Source: an uncultured Chlamydiae bacterium (GTDB lineage: Bacteria; Chlamydiota; Chlamydiia; Chlamydiales; Parachlamydiaceae). Taken from it: DNA of 64,000 nucleotides. The position numbers were made by a program, and so were the translations under genes. How positions within the stretch are numbered: the first letter of the stretch is position 1; each line of letters opens with the position of its first letter. Location: assembly GCA_963830365.1 (NCBI GenBank), contig CAWHMU010000046.1, positions 32,001 to 96,000 of the forward strand. Reading direction: 5' to 3'. The notes under the pieces are model-generated. The model was not told the DNA's origin. It was given only the letters and a program-made list of their open reading frames with translations, and searched no databases. Shown here one piece after another: positions 10,100 through 21,100 of the stretch.

Positions 10100-13000
10100 C
10101 TAGTCATCCGTCCATCTTCTTGACGAGCTATCGCTTTCCGGCGATCCAAAAGGAAATCCCATCCCTTTATTTCTGTTCATTTTTGGAGGAGTCCCCAGAT
10201 TTTCAAAGAACCAACCCAGCGCACCTAAAGCACTGTCTGTCCACGATCTCGTTTCGACCTGTGGTGGTGATTCTGGGCTCATTGGAGCTGCAGCTGGGGC
10301 TGCTACAGGCCGTAGCGGTGAAGGTTGTTGGAACTGTAATCCGGATGCATTGCCTTGGACTTCATTTTCCTCGGCTTCTGCAACCCCTTCATTTCTCTCC
10401 CCGTCGTCTTCGCCATCAGCTACCGCGCTGTCTAGATTCATCGAGCTGAAGCTGGGGCTAGGAATTGGGCTAGGGCTAGAACGACTCCTGCCTGATTCAG
10501 ACAGCGGCGCTTCGGGAGAAGTCCTGCTTTGTGGTGATGGCAAAGCTGAGCTTTCCGCCTGCTTTACAGGCGTGGCCGGTTGACTGCGGCTGGCTTCAAA
10601 CACACTCGCTAATTGTTGCGGTATCATTGACCGTGCTTGTGACGATGCTGGAAAAGATGTTTCTGGGCTAATATATCCACTGTTATTTGCAGAACCTGCC
10701 CTGCTGCCGGCTGCAGAAATACGGCTTTCCCTTGAAATGCCTAAAATACTGTCGGAGAGTGGCGTTGCCAACAGAGGATCATATGTAGCAGCTAGTGCGT
10801 CATCCCTAGCCAGGACGGCTGAGCGGCCATTTTCATTGACAAAGTTATTTGCAAACGAAGCTAACTCATTCATGCCGTCATCGACAACAGCTGGCAGACT
10901 TTGACCGGCGTCTTTTTCTTCCGCTGCGCTAGACCCACGCGCACTGGACATGCCGCTAGGCTGCTGGGAATATGACTGATGATCATCGACGGTTTTATTC
11001 CAGGCGGCCTGCATCGCCACCAACTGTTGACGCCATGCATCCAAGAAATCGGCATCTACAACGTCTTCTTGCTCGCTATCCTCTGGTATGATTGTATTTG
11101 GACTGGATGGACTAAAGACCAGCAGCTTAGCCAAATTCTGTTCAGCTGTTGAAGGTGACCCGCTAGCAACTGGCTGATATTCTGGCGATTTAGGTGTCTG
11201 AACCTCGAATCCCTTTTCTCGCAACTTCCCCCTAAGGTTCCGCGCCTGTTCTTTTGGCTTATCGAGCATCGACTTGCCCATCCATCCCTGCGTGATAAAT
11301 CCTGCCATTTCATCGATCGATTCCTGCCACCGATGTAACGACTCCTTTAATTGCTCAATTTCTCTACTGTTAGCAGATGGGGTCGAGACAGTGCTTTGAT
11401 TATTGAATTCAGCGGAGTTTAAGATGTTCCCTGCAATCTTTTCCAACATATCCAGACGCGCCCGCTTTCTAGCGATGGTATTCATTTTCCTCTGTAATTC
11501 GGGCGTGATCTCTTTTTTTATATTATTCTTGTCGGTGATCAAATGATCAAGATCATGACATAAGATTTGCAATTCAGTTGTTATACCATAATAAAGAGGT
11601 TTCAACACATGCTGCAATTTACTTAATAGACTCTGTTGACTGACAGATGACGACGACACAGGGGCTTGATCCCTTGCATTGAGTTTGCTTAATAAGTCCT
11701 TAAGGTTTTGATAATCGTTTATTGATAAGTCATAGCCTGCGCTGCCGGCAGGGGCTTGCAGGGAATCTAGCGCATTGTCTTCGGCTAATGGCGACAACAT
11801 CCCCCCTAATCCATCCTTATATGTGGGGTCTTTCCGATGGGCTGATCTGTGCTGCTCGGCAGCAACTCTTTCTGCCCTGTTGACATACCATGCCAACTGA
11901 GCTAAATCCTCAGGAGCAACAGAAAATGCATTTAGGGCAGTGGAAGCGATATCGCCGCCCTTTTGTTCACCAGCCGAGCCGACATTTCCCCTGTTACTAA
12001 TAAACGGCGTCAATGGCCTCGAAATAGCCGTGCGTATTTGAGCTGGTGGGGTGCTCGGGCCAGGGCTGAAGTCAGCGTTGCCAGTTTGCCGACGTTCGCC
12101 TGCTTTCACGTCTACAAATGAATACCTATGAGTTTTTTTATATTGTCCTAAGACGGGACTCACTAGGCTTCCCCCTCTTGGTGGGGTTGGGCTGGACTTG
12201 TCAGCCGGCGAGGTACTAACTATCGACCTAGCCACTGGTGATGGAGTGGACGGTGCCGTAGAGATTTGAGCTACATCCTGATTGGCGACAGAAGATCTGA
12301 CGTCAGCAGAATTTCTTGTTGAATCCAGATCAAAATGGAAGTTCACATTACCGGCTGAGCTCACTAGCGAAAAAGCTGTTGCGGTTGACGGTGATGTTGG
12401 CACTTGCACGACTAGATGATCATAAAGGCCACCCGCGCCATGTGTTGGGGTAAGCGGTGGACTACCACTTGGACTTGATAAGTTAGAGCCTCCCTCATTC
12501 AGCTCTGTTGATCGTGGAGAGACTGAAGATAAACTTTTTCCTATATTGAAACGAGAGTGTCCCCTCAACTGATCCAACACCAATCCAAATTGAGTTGCCG
12601 CGCCTTTGACTTTATTTTCAGCAGAACGATCTGTAAGCAAACCGGAAATAATCTTTTTGGGCGCAGAACCAAAAGCCTCCGGCGCACCTTCTCTAAAGGG
12701 GTTTGCTTCATTTAGTAAATTTATAACAATAGGTAAATCCATAGTTTTGACCCATGGTAGGACCTCTCCGCTGTCTATTGATTTTGGTACTGGCGCAACT
12801 AGCTCGGGACGATGTGTCAGCAAACCAGAATTGATCCCATGGGCCGGAAGCCCTGAACTTGACGCTGAAGCCTTAGGTGGTGAAACACGAAGCCCATTTG
12901 CCACAGGCACTTGTTTGTAACCGCTTTCAACGCCAACAGCATTACGGGCGGCCGCAGCTAGTTTATGTGCCATTGTGTCTGCCATTTCGGTAGATGGTGC

Positions 13001-14098
13001 CTGCTCTTCTTTATTCAACGCCTTTGCACGCTTGTAGAGAGTTGCCATATGTCCAATGACGCCGCCCACTCCGAGCATTGCGCCGGCGATAGCGCCGACG
13101 GTTTGGGCAATCTGCCAGGCTGGCGCTGAAGCCAACGGCACTTCGGCTGAAAAAATAGGCGTGCTGGCATCGCCAGCGGCACTTGTGTTGGTGCTGGCTT
13201 CGCCAGGCGTAGAACCGTTTGAAGGCATGGTAATAGCAGGCGTCGTGGCGGCAGCTGCAACGCTTGTATTCCATGGGCACTGTGTTGCACTATCGGGAGA
13301 CAAGGCCGCCGTGCCGGCATTGACATAGGCATCAGCCGGGCATGCCTGGAGTATTATCTGCTCAAAGGCAGGCGTGCGGGTACAGACACCGGCAGGGTTG
13401 CTTGACGGCATTGAAACTTCCGTATCCGAAGGCTCCGTGTGGTTGTCGGGAGACCTGTCGCCCATGAAATTGTGCCAGGCATAATAGCCGGCAGTGGCGG
13501 TGGCCAGTGTGCCTAATGCCGCCAGGCCGACATTGCGATAAAGTCTGGTGCGATCGGCAGCTGCTGCCGCAAGTTCGCGCAAGCAGTCAGCGCTGACGGC
13601 CGACTTATCGAACATGGCTTGGCCGGTGGGTGATGTCACGGCCGCGATGTGGCGGCTGAATTCAGCCGGATAGCGCGCCTGCAAGGCTTGCAGCTTCTCC
13701 CGAAACTGCTTCATCGCCAGGGCTGCCGAGGCGTCAGCGGCCTGTCCGCGCGCGTTGACGCTCTTATAGGCCAGCATATAGCAGCGCAGTAGCAGGGCGA
13801 TGGCATTTGGCAGGCCTACCTGGCCGATGAGCGTGTCGGCATCGAGGAGCTTGGCGCCATCGGTTGTGCCGTCAGTTCCTATCTTTTCAGCCGCCGCCAG
13901 CTTTTTGTAAATCCAATGGTCGACGTCATCGAAATGACGGCTATTAAAGACTGGCAGGCCGAACAAGCGATTGTAGGCGGCCTTGGCGGAAGACTCCCCG
14001 CCGCCGGCCCAAGTCATCATATCTGAAAGATAATCCGGGATGCTATGCAATGATGTGCAGGCCGTATTGAATGTCGTTTTGAGTGATTGTATTGTCAT
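10100..14098 (-). CDS. Large two-TM effector/Inc-like paralog (array member 4, 1332 aa)
   Basis: N-terminal ~215 aa highly similar to 6503..9796; largely unrelated Ser/Pro-rich tail containing an RKRARL helical module. Confidence 0.9.
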   Translation of the reverse strand: MTIQSLKTTFNTACTSLHSIPDYLSDMMTWAGGGESSAKAAYNRLFGLPVFNSRHFDDVDHWIYKKLAAAEKIGTDGTTDGAKLLDADTLIGQVGLPNAIALLLRCYMLAYKSVNARGQAADASAALAMKQFREKLQALQARYPAEFSRHIAAVTSPTGQAMFDKSAVSADCLRELAAAAADRTRLYRNVGLAALGTLATATAGYYAWHNFMGDRSPDNHTEPSDTEVSMPSSNPAGVCTRTPAFEQIILQACPADAYVNAGTAALSPDSATQCPWNTSVAAAATTPAITMPSNGSTPGEASTNTSAAGDASTPIFSAEVPLASAPAWQIAQTVGAIAGAMLGVGGVIGHMATLYKRAKALNKEEQAPSTEMADTMAHKLAAAARNAVGVESGYKQVPVANGLRVSPPKASASSSGLPAHGINSGLLTHRPELVAPVPKSIDSGEVLPWVKTMDLPIVINLLNEANPFREGAPEAFGSAPKKIISGLLTDRSAENKVKGAATQFGLVLDQLRGHSRFNIGKSLSSVSPRSTELNEGGSNLSSPSGSPPLTPTHGAGGLYDHLVVQVPTSPSTATAFSLVSSAGNVNFHFDLDSTRNSADVRSSVANQDVAQISTAPSTPSPVARSIVSTSPADKSSPTPPRGGSLVSPVLGQYKKTHRYSFVDVKAGERRQTGNADFSPGPSTPPAQIRTAISRPLTPFISNRGNVGSAGEQKGGDIASTALNAFSVAPEDLAQLAWYVNRAERVAAEQHRSAHRKDPTYKDGLGGMLSPLAEDNALDSLQAPAGSAGYDLSINDYQNLKDLLSKLNARDQAPVSSSSVSQQSLLSKLQHVLKPLYYGITTELQILCHDLDHLITDKNNIKKEITPELQRKMNTIARKRARLDMLEKIAGNILNSAEFNNQSTVSTPSANSREIEQLKESLHRWQESIDEMAGFITQGWMGKSMLDKPKEQARNLRGKLREKGFEVQTPKSPEYQPVASGSPSTAEQNLAKLLVFSPSSPNTIIPEDSEQEDVVDADFLDAWRQQLVAMQAAWNKTVDDHQSYSQQPSGMSSARGSSAAEEKDAGQSLPAVVDDGMNELASFANNFVNENGRSAVLARDDALAATYDPLLATPLSDSILGISRESRISAAGSRAGSANNSGYISPETSFPASSQARSMIPQQLASVFEASRSQPATPVKQAESSALPSPQSRTSPEAPLSESGRSRSSPSPIPSPSFSSMNLDSAVADGEDDGERNEGVAEAEENEVQGNASGLQFQQPSPLRPVAAPAAAPMSPESPPQVETRSWTDSALGALGWFFENLGTPPKMNRNKGMGFPFGSPESDSSSRRWTDD

Positions 14099-14173
14099 GT
14101 GTCTCTCGTATTAACAAGTTAGTTTTATGTAAAATTTCGTCCCAAAAAAAGGACCCCCGCCAGGGGTTAACAA

Positions 14174-14216
14174 GCCCTTGCCTTTGCTGTCGCTCACGCA
14201 ACAGCAAGGGAAAGGC
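14174..14216. terminator. Stem-loop downstream of 14251..16179
   Basis: CCTTTGCTGT...ACAGCAAGG stem; no clear U-tract. Confidence 0.3.
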
Positions 14217-14250
14217 TCGGTATTAACAAACCCTTCTTCCCTCGCTGTTG

Positions 14251-16179
14251 TCAATCAACATTTTGACCAGAGAGTAAACCAGGCCCTGCTAGCTGGCCTT
14301 GGCTTGTCGCGGGCACTGCCGGACGGCTCATTCTCCTCCCCGCCTGCCCAGCAAAGTCTTGGCGCGGCACTATGAGTGGGTTAGCATGGGAGCTAAAAGT
14401 CATTGCCGTTGCTTTCCGCCGATGCTTCATCTTCGGTTTGCTGGCATGCGTGAGTAGTGGTGCTTGAGGGCTTGTAGTTGCGCTTTTAGACCAGTTAGTC
14501 AAAGATCTGGCAGTGTGTACCTGCGTGGCGAATGGCCCGGCACCCTTCTGCTCTGTGACTGGTATCTTTTGGGCGGCAGCATGCTCAGGTTTTCTCACTA
14601 AGGCGAGGAGCTTTTCAAAGAATTTGGCATATTCCGCATTCACACCCTCATCAAGTCGTTGCAGGTTTTCAGGCCGCGCAGGGTGGCCATCTGTTTGAGC
14701 GATCGTCTCATTCTGCCTTTCTAGATACTCGATGATCGTGCGTTTTTTTATAGCAAAGGTGCGAAGCTTTGCAATCAGACCATGCGGATCCCCATTTTGC
14801 GCCTGCAGCATAGATATCTCTTGCAAGCTCTGCTGCACATCGGACAACGCCTGTTTTTGTTCATGCAGTTCCTCAAGTGTGTTGGAGCTACCCCCAAGCC
14901 TATTGAACACATCTTCAAACAAGCCAAATGTTGTTTCAAAGCCGTTAAAGAGATCACCAATACCATCCTGCAGCGGCGTTTGCTGCAACACGCCAGTCAG
15001 CTGCTGAAATTGCTCAGGAAAATCTGCTGACGCTCGGCCCTCATGATCAACAGGCACAGCAAAGAAAGCTCCATTTTGTGGCGTGGTGACGGCGGGGGAG
15101 GCGGCACCCTCGCTTTCATTGTCTGGCGCAAGCGCTGCAGCCGGCTTCGGCTCATTATTTGAAGTTTTTGCCGGCGATGATTTTGTATAAACAGGCAGCA
15201 GTGCCCACATCCCAAGCGTGCTGCAGACGGCAACAAAGACCTTACAGGCGGTGGTGACGACATCCCATGTCGCTGACGCCGCCTCTGACCGTGTCCCTGA
15301 CACTGTCGCCTCGCCTGTCATGTTTGACGGCATGCTTGAGACGGTTGCGGCAATGTTCTGTATGCTCTCTGTCACCACAGAGATAGGATCAGCTTGCAGC
15401 AGCTGGGCAGCAGCCGGGGCAGCTGTGGCAGGAGCAAAGGACGGGATATGCCGGAAGCTTGGCGGCGCTGTAAAACCGGTTGGCCTTAAGGCGGCAGGCA
15501 GACTAGCGGGCAGGCAGCAGCTCATCGTATCGCGGCTCAAGGTATCGCTGGTCGATGGATAGCTGGACCATGGATAGTTGTTCCATGGATAGCTGTTCCA
15601 GGCGTAATAGAGGGTGGCGGCCGCAGCTAGGGCGCCTAAAGCGGCATAACAGACTCTTCTGCCAAGACCTGTGCGCGCACCAGCTGCGCTAAGCTGGCGG
15701 TAGAATTCAGGGGTGACAGCGGATTTAGCGAAGACGGGTTTGTCGATGAAGGCCGCATTTCGACCGATGACAGCGGCATATTCGTTAGGGCTGATTTTGA
15801 TGAGCTCTTGCCGCTGCTGGTGGAAGAGATCGCCGGCAAAGCCGGACTTGTCATGCTGTTTCGCCAGCTGATAGCCGCAGGTGAGCAGCGCGTAGGCGTT
15901 GGCAAAGCCGAGCTGTGCTTTCAGCGTTTTAGGATGGAGGAGCTGGCTAGTTTCAGCAATTTGCGCTGCTGGCATACCTGTAGCGAGCCGGAGGATTTTA
16001 TAAATCCAGTCGCCAAGCGGACCGGCCGCACTTTCGCCATTCATTAACCGCTTGCAGGCTGCCTCGATGGGCAAAGTTGATGCATTTGGGCTGGTGAAAT
16101 CGCTGGTGAAATAGTCCCCCTGGCCAACTAATGTCTGATAGGCTGCGGCGGATGGTAGTGGCGAAAGTTGAATTGTCAT
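14251..16179 (-). CDS. Two-TM effector/Inc-like paralog (array member 5)
   Basis: DWIYKIL...LGFANAYALLTCGY...PVFAKSAV, two TM segments, helical tail. Confidence 0.88.
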   Translation of the reverse strand: MTIQLSPLPSAAAYQTLVGQGDYFTSDFTSPNASTLPIEAACKRLMNGESAAGPLGDWIYKILRLATGMPAAQIAETSQLLHPKTLKAQLGFANAYALLTCGYQLAKQHDKSGFAGDLFHQQRQELIKISPNEYAAVIGRNAAFIDKPVFAKSAVTPEFYRQLSAAGARTGLGRRVCYAALGALAAAATLYYAWNSYPWNNYPWSSYPSTSDTLSRDTMSCCLPASLPAALRPTGFTAPPSFRHIPSFAPATAAPAAAQLLQADPISVVTESIQNIAATVSSMPSNMTGEATVSGTRSEAASATWDVVTTACKVFVAVCSTLGMWALLPVYTKSSPAKTSNNEPKPAAALAPDNESEGAASPAVTTPQNGAFFAVPVDHEGRASADFPEQFQQLTGVLQQTPLQDGIGDLFNGFETTFGLFEDVFNRLGGSSNTLEELHEQKQALSDVQQSLQEISMLQAQNGDPHGLIAKLRTFAIKKRTIIEYLERQNETIAQTDGHPARPENLQRLDEGVNAEYAKFFEKLLALVRKPEHAAAQKIPVTEQKGAGPFATQVHTARSLTNWSKSATTSPQAPLLTHASKPKMKHRRKATAMTFSSHANPLIVPRQDFAGQAGRRMSRPAVPATSQGQLAGPGLLSGQNVD

Positions 16180-16238
16180 ATGTCTTTTAGTTTTTTATTC
16201 GGTTAGTTTTAGGTAAATGTTATCGACAAGTCGGCTAT

Positions 16239-16369
16239 GTTTACCTTCACAGGAAAACTTTCGGTCATGTGATACTATTCTCTCCGTGTTCTCTGTGCCT
16301 CTGTGTTTCAAAAAATCAAACACAGAGGCAAAGAGAGCACGTAGCAAGAAATTGACCGGTTAGGTGCAC
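16239..16369. mobile_element. MITE-like family C
   Basis: GTTTACC...GGTGCAC ends; closely similar to 35147..35290. Confidence 0.75.
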
Positions 16370-16465
16370 AACGCCGACAAGTCGATGCTTTTAAAGTTTA
16401 TATTGACATCTGTCAATTTCAGGTGTTTTTACTAGTCACCCATGGACTAGAGAGGCCTTATGCAT

Positions 16466-16726
16466 GCTGAGCCCCGTCAGGGAGCGGCCCTATTTGTAGC
16501 CCACGGTGTAGTGCCATCCGGCGCAAACCGTGGGTCATAACCAAAATCTATCTAGCCCCAGCGGGGCGTTATCATTCCATCCTCAATTGCATAAGGATGA
16601 AATCCCCAAGATGCAATTATAACGCCCCCTTGGGGCTAGAATAATTTTTTTGTATAACCCACGGTTTGCGCCGGATGGCGCTGCACCGTGGGCTACAAAT
16701 ATGGCTGCTCCTAAACGGAGCTCAGC
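16466..16726. repeat. REP-like family B palindrome
   Basis: Same arms and inner inverted repeat as 5301..5563. Confidence 0.92.
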
Positions 16727-16816
16727 AACATAAACACCTGCCAATAAAGTCACTTTTTATAAGGTCAGCCACCCCATCCCGGAGGTGCTGGTCGCTATGC
16801 CTTCATTTCACGCCTC

Positions 16817-17851
16817 TCACCAATTGTCATACAGCACGACAGACGTTGAGTTTGACGTTGCAGGGGCTGAGGTCGGCGTTGCAGAGGCTTCATTCTCAAA
16901 CGCCTCCCATAGCTTTCGGGTGGGAGTCATGCTATCATCAGCGGCCCCCTTCTCCTCGGCGGATTGATGGAGGCATAGGCTTGAGTCATCAACAGCACCC
17001 CTTGGGCAATCATCTCTTAGGAAGGCATCTCTTAAGCCGGGAGCTCTTGGGCCGATATTATCAGGGATAGCATCCGCGGCTATCTTGGCCAGCTGCGCCT
17101 TGAAAATGGTTTTGGCAGCCTGCATTTGACAGGCTGTAGCCTCCTTCTGCCCCTTATCCTGAGCCACCAGCCCGATACTTTTCTCCATCTTTTTGATGAG
17201 ATTTAAACGCCCTTCAAAATCCCCCGTAGTGGTACGCATCGCACTCAACTCTTCCGCTTGGCTACATAATTCAATGGACTGACTTGTACTGTTATTTCCA
17301 AATGCCCGGATATTAGCAGCATTTTCTCGCCTTAATAGCGAAGTGGCAATATCAAAGAGAGTATTCTCATAGGCGTCATAGATGCTAATTTCACTTGCCA
17401 GCACAGGGTCTTGCGCGGCCATGCTGGCGGCATTTGGCGCAGTGCCTGACGATTTCTGTTCGCTTGACACCGCCACCTCCGCTAGTTGCGCCGCGTGGGC
17501 ATTGAGCCTAGCCACAGGTGGCGAGGCGACCGGCGATGCATCAACATCTGCGGCCACAGGTTTGCTCGCTTTTTGGTGCCCGGCAAGAAGCACATGCAGC
17601 GCGCAGACAGTGCCGACAGCAGCCAGCGAGCTAAGCACAAAGCTCGCCAGCAGCGACTGCCCTTGATGATCGGCAGAGGCGCGGAAGTTCGCTTTGTTTA
17701 CCGCATAGTAACCCGCCCCAAAAGCCATAAAGCTGCTTAAGGCGATGCAACCTACTTTCCGTAACAGGCAGGAGCCTTCATTTGCCGCCTGTGGCACGAC
17801 CGGCTGGTGGTTGGCAGCTTGAAATTGGATGGAGTTTGCTGTAATTTCCAT
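16817..17851 (-). CDS. Inc-like protein with bilobed hydrophobic domain (array member 6)
   Basis: Two closely spaced TM segments near the N-terminus (RKVGCIALSSFMAFGAGYY..., LASFVLSSLAAVGTVCALHVLL); lacks the conserved N-domain. Confidence 0.75.
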   Translation of the reverse strand: MEITANSIQFQAANHQPVVPQAANEGSCLLRKVGCIALSSFMAFGAGYYAVNKANFRASADHQGQSLLASFVLSSLAAVGTVCALHVLLAGHQKASKPVAADVDASPVASPPVARLNAHAAQLAEVAVSSEQKSSGTAPNAASMAAQDPVLASEISIYDAYENTLFDIATSLLRRENAANIRAFGNNSTSQSIELCSQAEELSAMRTTTGDFEGRLNLIKKMEKSIGLVAQDKGQKEATACQMQAAKTIFKAQLAKIAADAIPDNIGPRAPGLRDAFLRDDCPRGAVDDSSLCLHQSAEEKGAADDSMTPTRKLWEAFENEASATPTSAPATSNSTSVVLYDNW

Positions 17852-17943
17852 AACTATCTCATAAAGTTTTTTGGATCCGTGAATATTGACGGCTCCATCT
17901 TACACCACAATCCCACCGACTGCCATTATGTTTTTCAGGACTT

Positions 17944-18109
17944 GTCCACCGGCATTGGAAAAATGCTCGGTCACGATATATCCCTTTCCCCCTGTCTGCG
18001 ACCTCTGTGACCGCTGTGATCGCTGTGCTGGTGAATTTTCAAAACCAGCCCACAGAGACCACAGAGAAGGGCTTCCATGATCAATGGCTTTTTGACCTAA
18101 CGGGTGAGC
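17944..18109. mobile_element. MITE-like family C (diverged)
   Basis: GTCCACC...GGTGAGC ends, CTCTGTG/CACAGAG inverted repeat. Confidence 0.65.
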
Positions 18110-18161
18110 AAGGCCCTTCTTTATAGGTAGCGCAAGTCTTTAGCCTGGCGCGACCACGCCA

Positions 18162-21100
18162 CTAATCAAGCGCTGCCGCCGTGCTAGACTTGTATACGGC
18201 CGAAATGGCCTTATGCGTGCCTGCTACTGTAATAAGGTCTGTGCCAGGCATAGCCGCGTAATTGCGATAAGCTACGACATAGGCCGATATGACATCCTTA
18301 AACCTGGTGGCCAACGCCTGCAGCTTCTTGTCATCGCCCACTTGCGATTTGCCATCGAACCAGGCCTGCGCCAAGGTATAATCTTCTTTAAGCTGATCTA
18401 AAAACGACCCGCCGATAGACGATGAATGTGCCAGCGCTGTGCCCATCGATGAGGATGCGTGACCTGCCGATTGCCCGAAAGTTACCAGTGGCTTAGAAGA
18501 ACTTGAAGCGGCAGCTGCAGCGGCCCTGGCAGGAGCCTTTAGTATATATTGTTTCTCTTCATCTCTAGAATCTTTCGACAGACTGTCCACCTGCTGTTCA
18601 AGCATTTCAGGTAAATTATTGAAGAAGCTGACGACGCCAGCGCCAAGCTGTAAGACGTCTTTATCCGGTGTCTTCGCATTAACAATTTGAAGCGCCAGCG
18701 CCGCGAAAGCTTGTACTAGGCAATCAATTCTATCTTGATCGTCCACTTTCAACCTGTTCACATTTTCAATCTTACGCCACAGCATAGCCAGCGGTGAAAG
18801 ACTGTCATCGGCTTCATGGTCCAGTATCTGACGTATCAGGGTCAGAACTCCCTGTTCACTGTTGGCCTTTACATTAGGCTCGACAGTTTGTGCCTGGCTG
18901 ATAAGGTACTTTTTGGCGGATTTGCAAATCTCGGTTAGATTACCTGCAAAAATCTGTTTGGCATTGGTTATAAAACTATTAGATCTTGTTGGTTCAGATA
19001 AATCTTGAATTGAATCTGTCAACGCTTTAGCCAGCAGGTTGACAGGCCTCAAATGCTTTTTAAAACCCGGGCTACCACCAATCCCGGCAGGTGTTCCTGC
19101 TGCATTGCTGGAAGCTCTTAGCGTTGGCTTCAAGGCCACACCGAATTCCGACCGACGACCCTTTGAGGGTGTTTGATGAGCTAACTTACTTTCATCGGTC
19201 TTGGCATTTGGTTGTGCTGATCTTAACTTATGGTTGGCAATTTGACTTGGGTCGAACACCTGTCTGCCGCCATTTGGATTAGCATTTTGTGCTCTCCGCG
19301 CATTTGGTTTATTGGGATCATAGAGGGCGGGTTGAAAGACCGGCAAATCCTTAGACTCTAATCTCTTAAGAATATAATCAAGCCGCCAGCCTTGCATCCC
19401 GACAAATTGTTGCATCAACATTTTCTTGGTCTCATCGCCAAGATACAAGTGCTTGATGAAGGCTTGGCGCAGCGTTTCATTTATGTTGACGGCATCGGCA
19501 TCATCATTCAGCTTTGCCAAGGCTTCATGCTCGGGGATATTTTTAATAGCGTCAACAACCGAAGGGTCTAACCTCCTCTCATCGTAAGCGAAAACAATCA
19601 TCTGCAACTCAATTTTTGAATATTTGTCGAGCACGTTTTTGATGATGTCAGTTTCTTTAGAAATGCGCTCTTTCTTTAGCCTTTTGCCAAGCAGTTCGAT
19701 CTGATCGTTAGCCTCTTTACAAAGTTTTTCACAAACTGAAGCTTCCATGCCACCACTATCTTTGATAGCGGTCATCTGCGCTGCCATATTTTCCCAATTT
19801 GTCCGCTGAGCGACTATCTGTTCATCGCTTTGACTTAATCTATTGGGCATAAAAAAGTTTTCAGCATCACTGTGTTCCAATAGCAGGCGATAGTGCCTTT
19901 TTTCTTCTGTAATCCGCTTCTTTATGGCAGCTTCTGTATCCTTCTTTAGCTTTTCAGCATCCTTCTGTTGCTTCTCAGCCGCGGCTTTACTTTTCGCCTC
20001 GTCATCAACAGCTTCTACAATCGCTTCTGGGAAACTTTCCGTATCTTTAGACTCATCCACTTTTGCCGGTTGGACGATTAAGGCGTTTAAATCCGTTGGC
20101 ATTTTCAGCTTTGCGATCCAATCTTCAACACTCCATGCTTCTGCAGCTTTGACGCCATCTCCAAAGTCGAAACTAAAGTCCAGAACTGGCGCATCGGGCG
20201 GCCCACCAGCATCTTTTTCTTCAGCTTTAGCTGTTGCTTCAGCGCCGCTATGTGGCCCTAAACTTGAGCTATCTAGGGATATGCCCATACCGCCATGACT
20301 TGATCCATCAAAAGCGCTTGAATTGTGTCCATGCATCGCTGAAGCCCCTACCACATGGATTTGATTTTTTATAATAGCAGCCTGCTCAGCCTCAATACCT
20401 TTTAAGATAGAGGATGCAACGGCTTCAAAACTATCTAGGCGGGCTTGTTTTCTAGCAAAACTTTTAAAGAGTTTCTCAATTCTTCTTGTACGTATTTTCT
20501 TGTCAATATGCTCAGCTTTTAATTTTTGCATTAAATTAAGCAAGTCTTTCAATTGATTTACGATTTGAACAGAAGTGGATTTCAACAAATCATTAAAACT
20601 GATTATTAACCATCTTTGGTCAGCCGTTAGGGGTAACGTTCTTGCTTTTTTAACCTGTTCCAAAAGGGATAACAGGTTATTAGTGCTCTCTAGACCGCTT
20701 TCCTTCGCATTTAAAGCTGCTGCGGATGAGCTGTTTTTGCCAACCGGAGGACTGGTCAGTCTACTAGATTTGTACGCAGGCAAAGGCGATAAAACATTCC
20801 GTATGCTGCGCTCATCACAAATTGACATGTCACACTGCATTTGTATTTCCCGAAGTTTGCGAATGGCTTTATCTATGTTTTTTGGGTTCTTTTGGACATA
20901 TTCCAGCACAGAAAGTAGTTGCACCTCATTGAACACATCCTTTGTGACAACAGACATGACCTGAGAATGAATTGATTGTCGTTTTTTTGCGCTGCGGCTG
21001 CTCTTGGACTCATCCTCAGCGGCATGTGCACCTTTCTCTTCGGCAATTTGATGCCCGCTTGAGGTAGAAACGCTTGTAGACATTTCCATAAAACTAGGCA

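Noticed and set aside
14251..14460. Possible frameshift in the C-terminus of 14251..16179 (an alternative frame ends ...RAWFTLWSKC)
   Set aside because: The main ORF is open to its stop, and no paralog evidence in the window discriminates between frames
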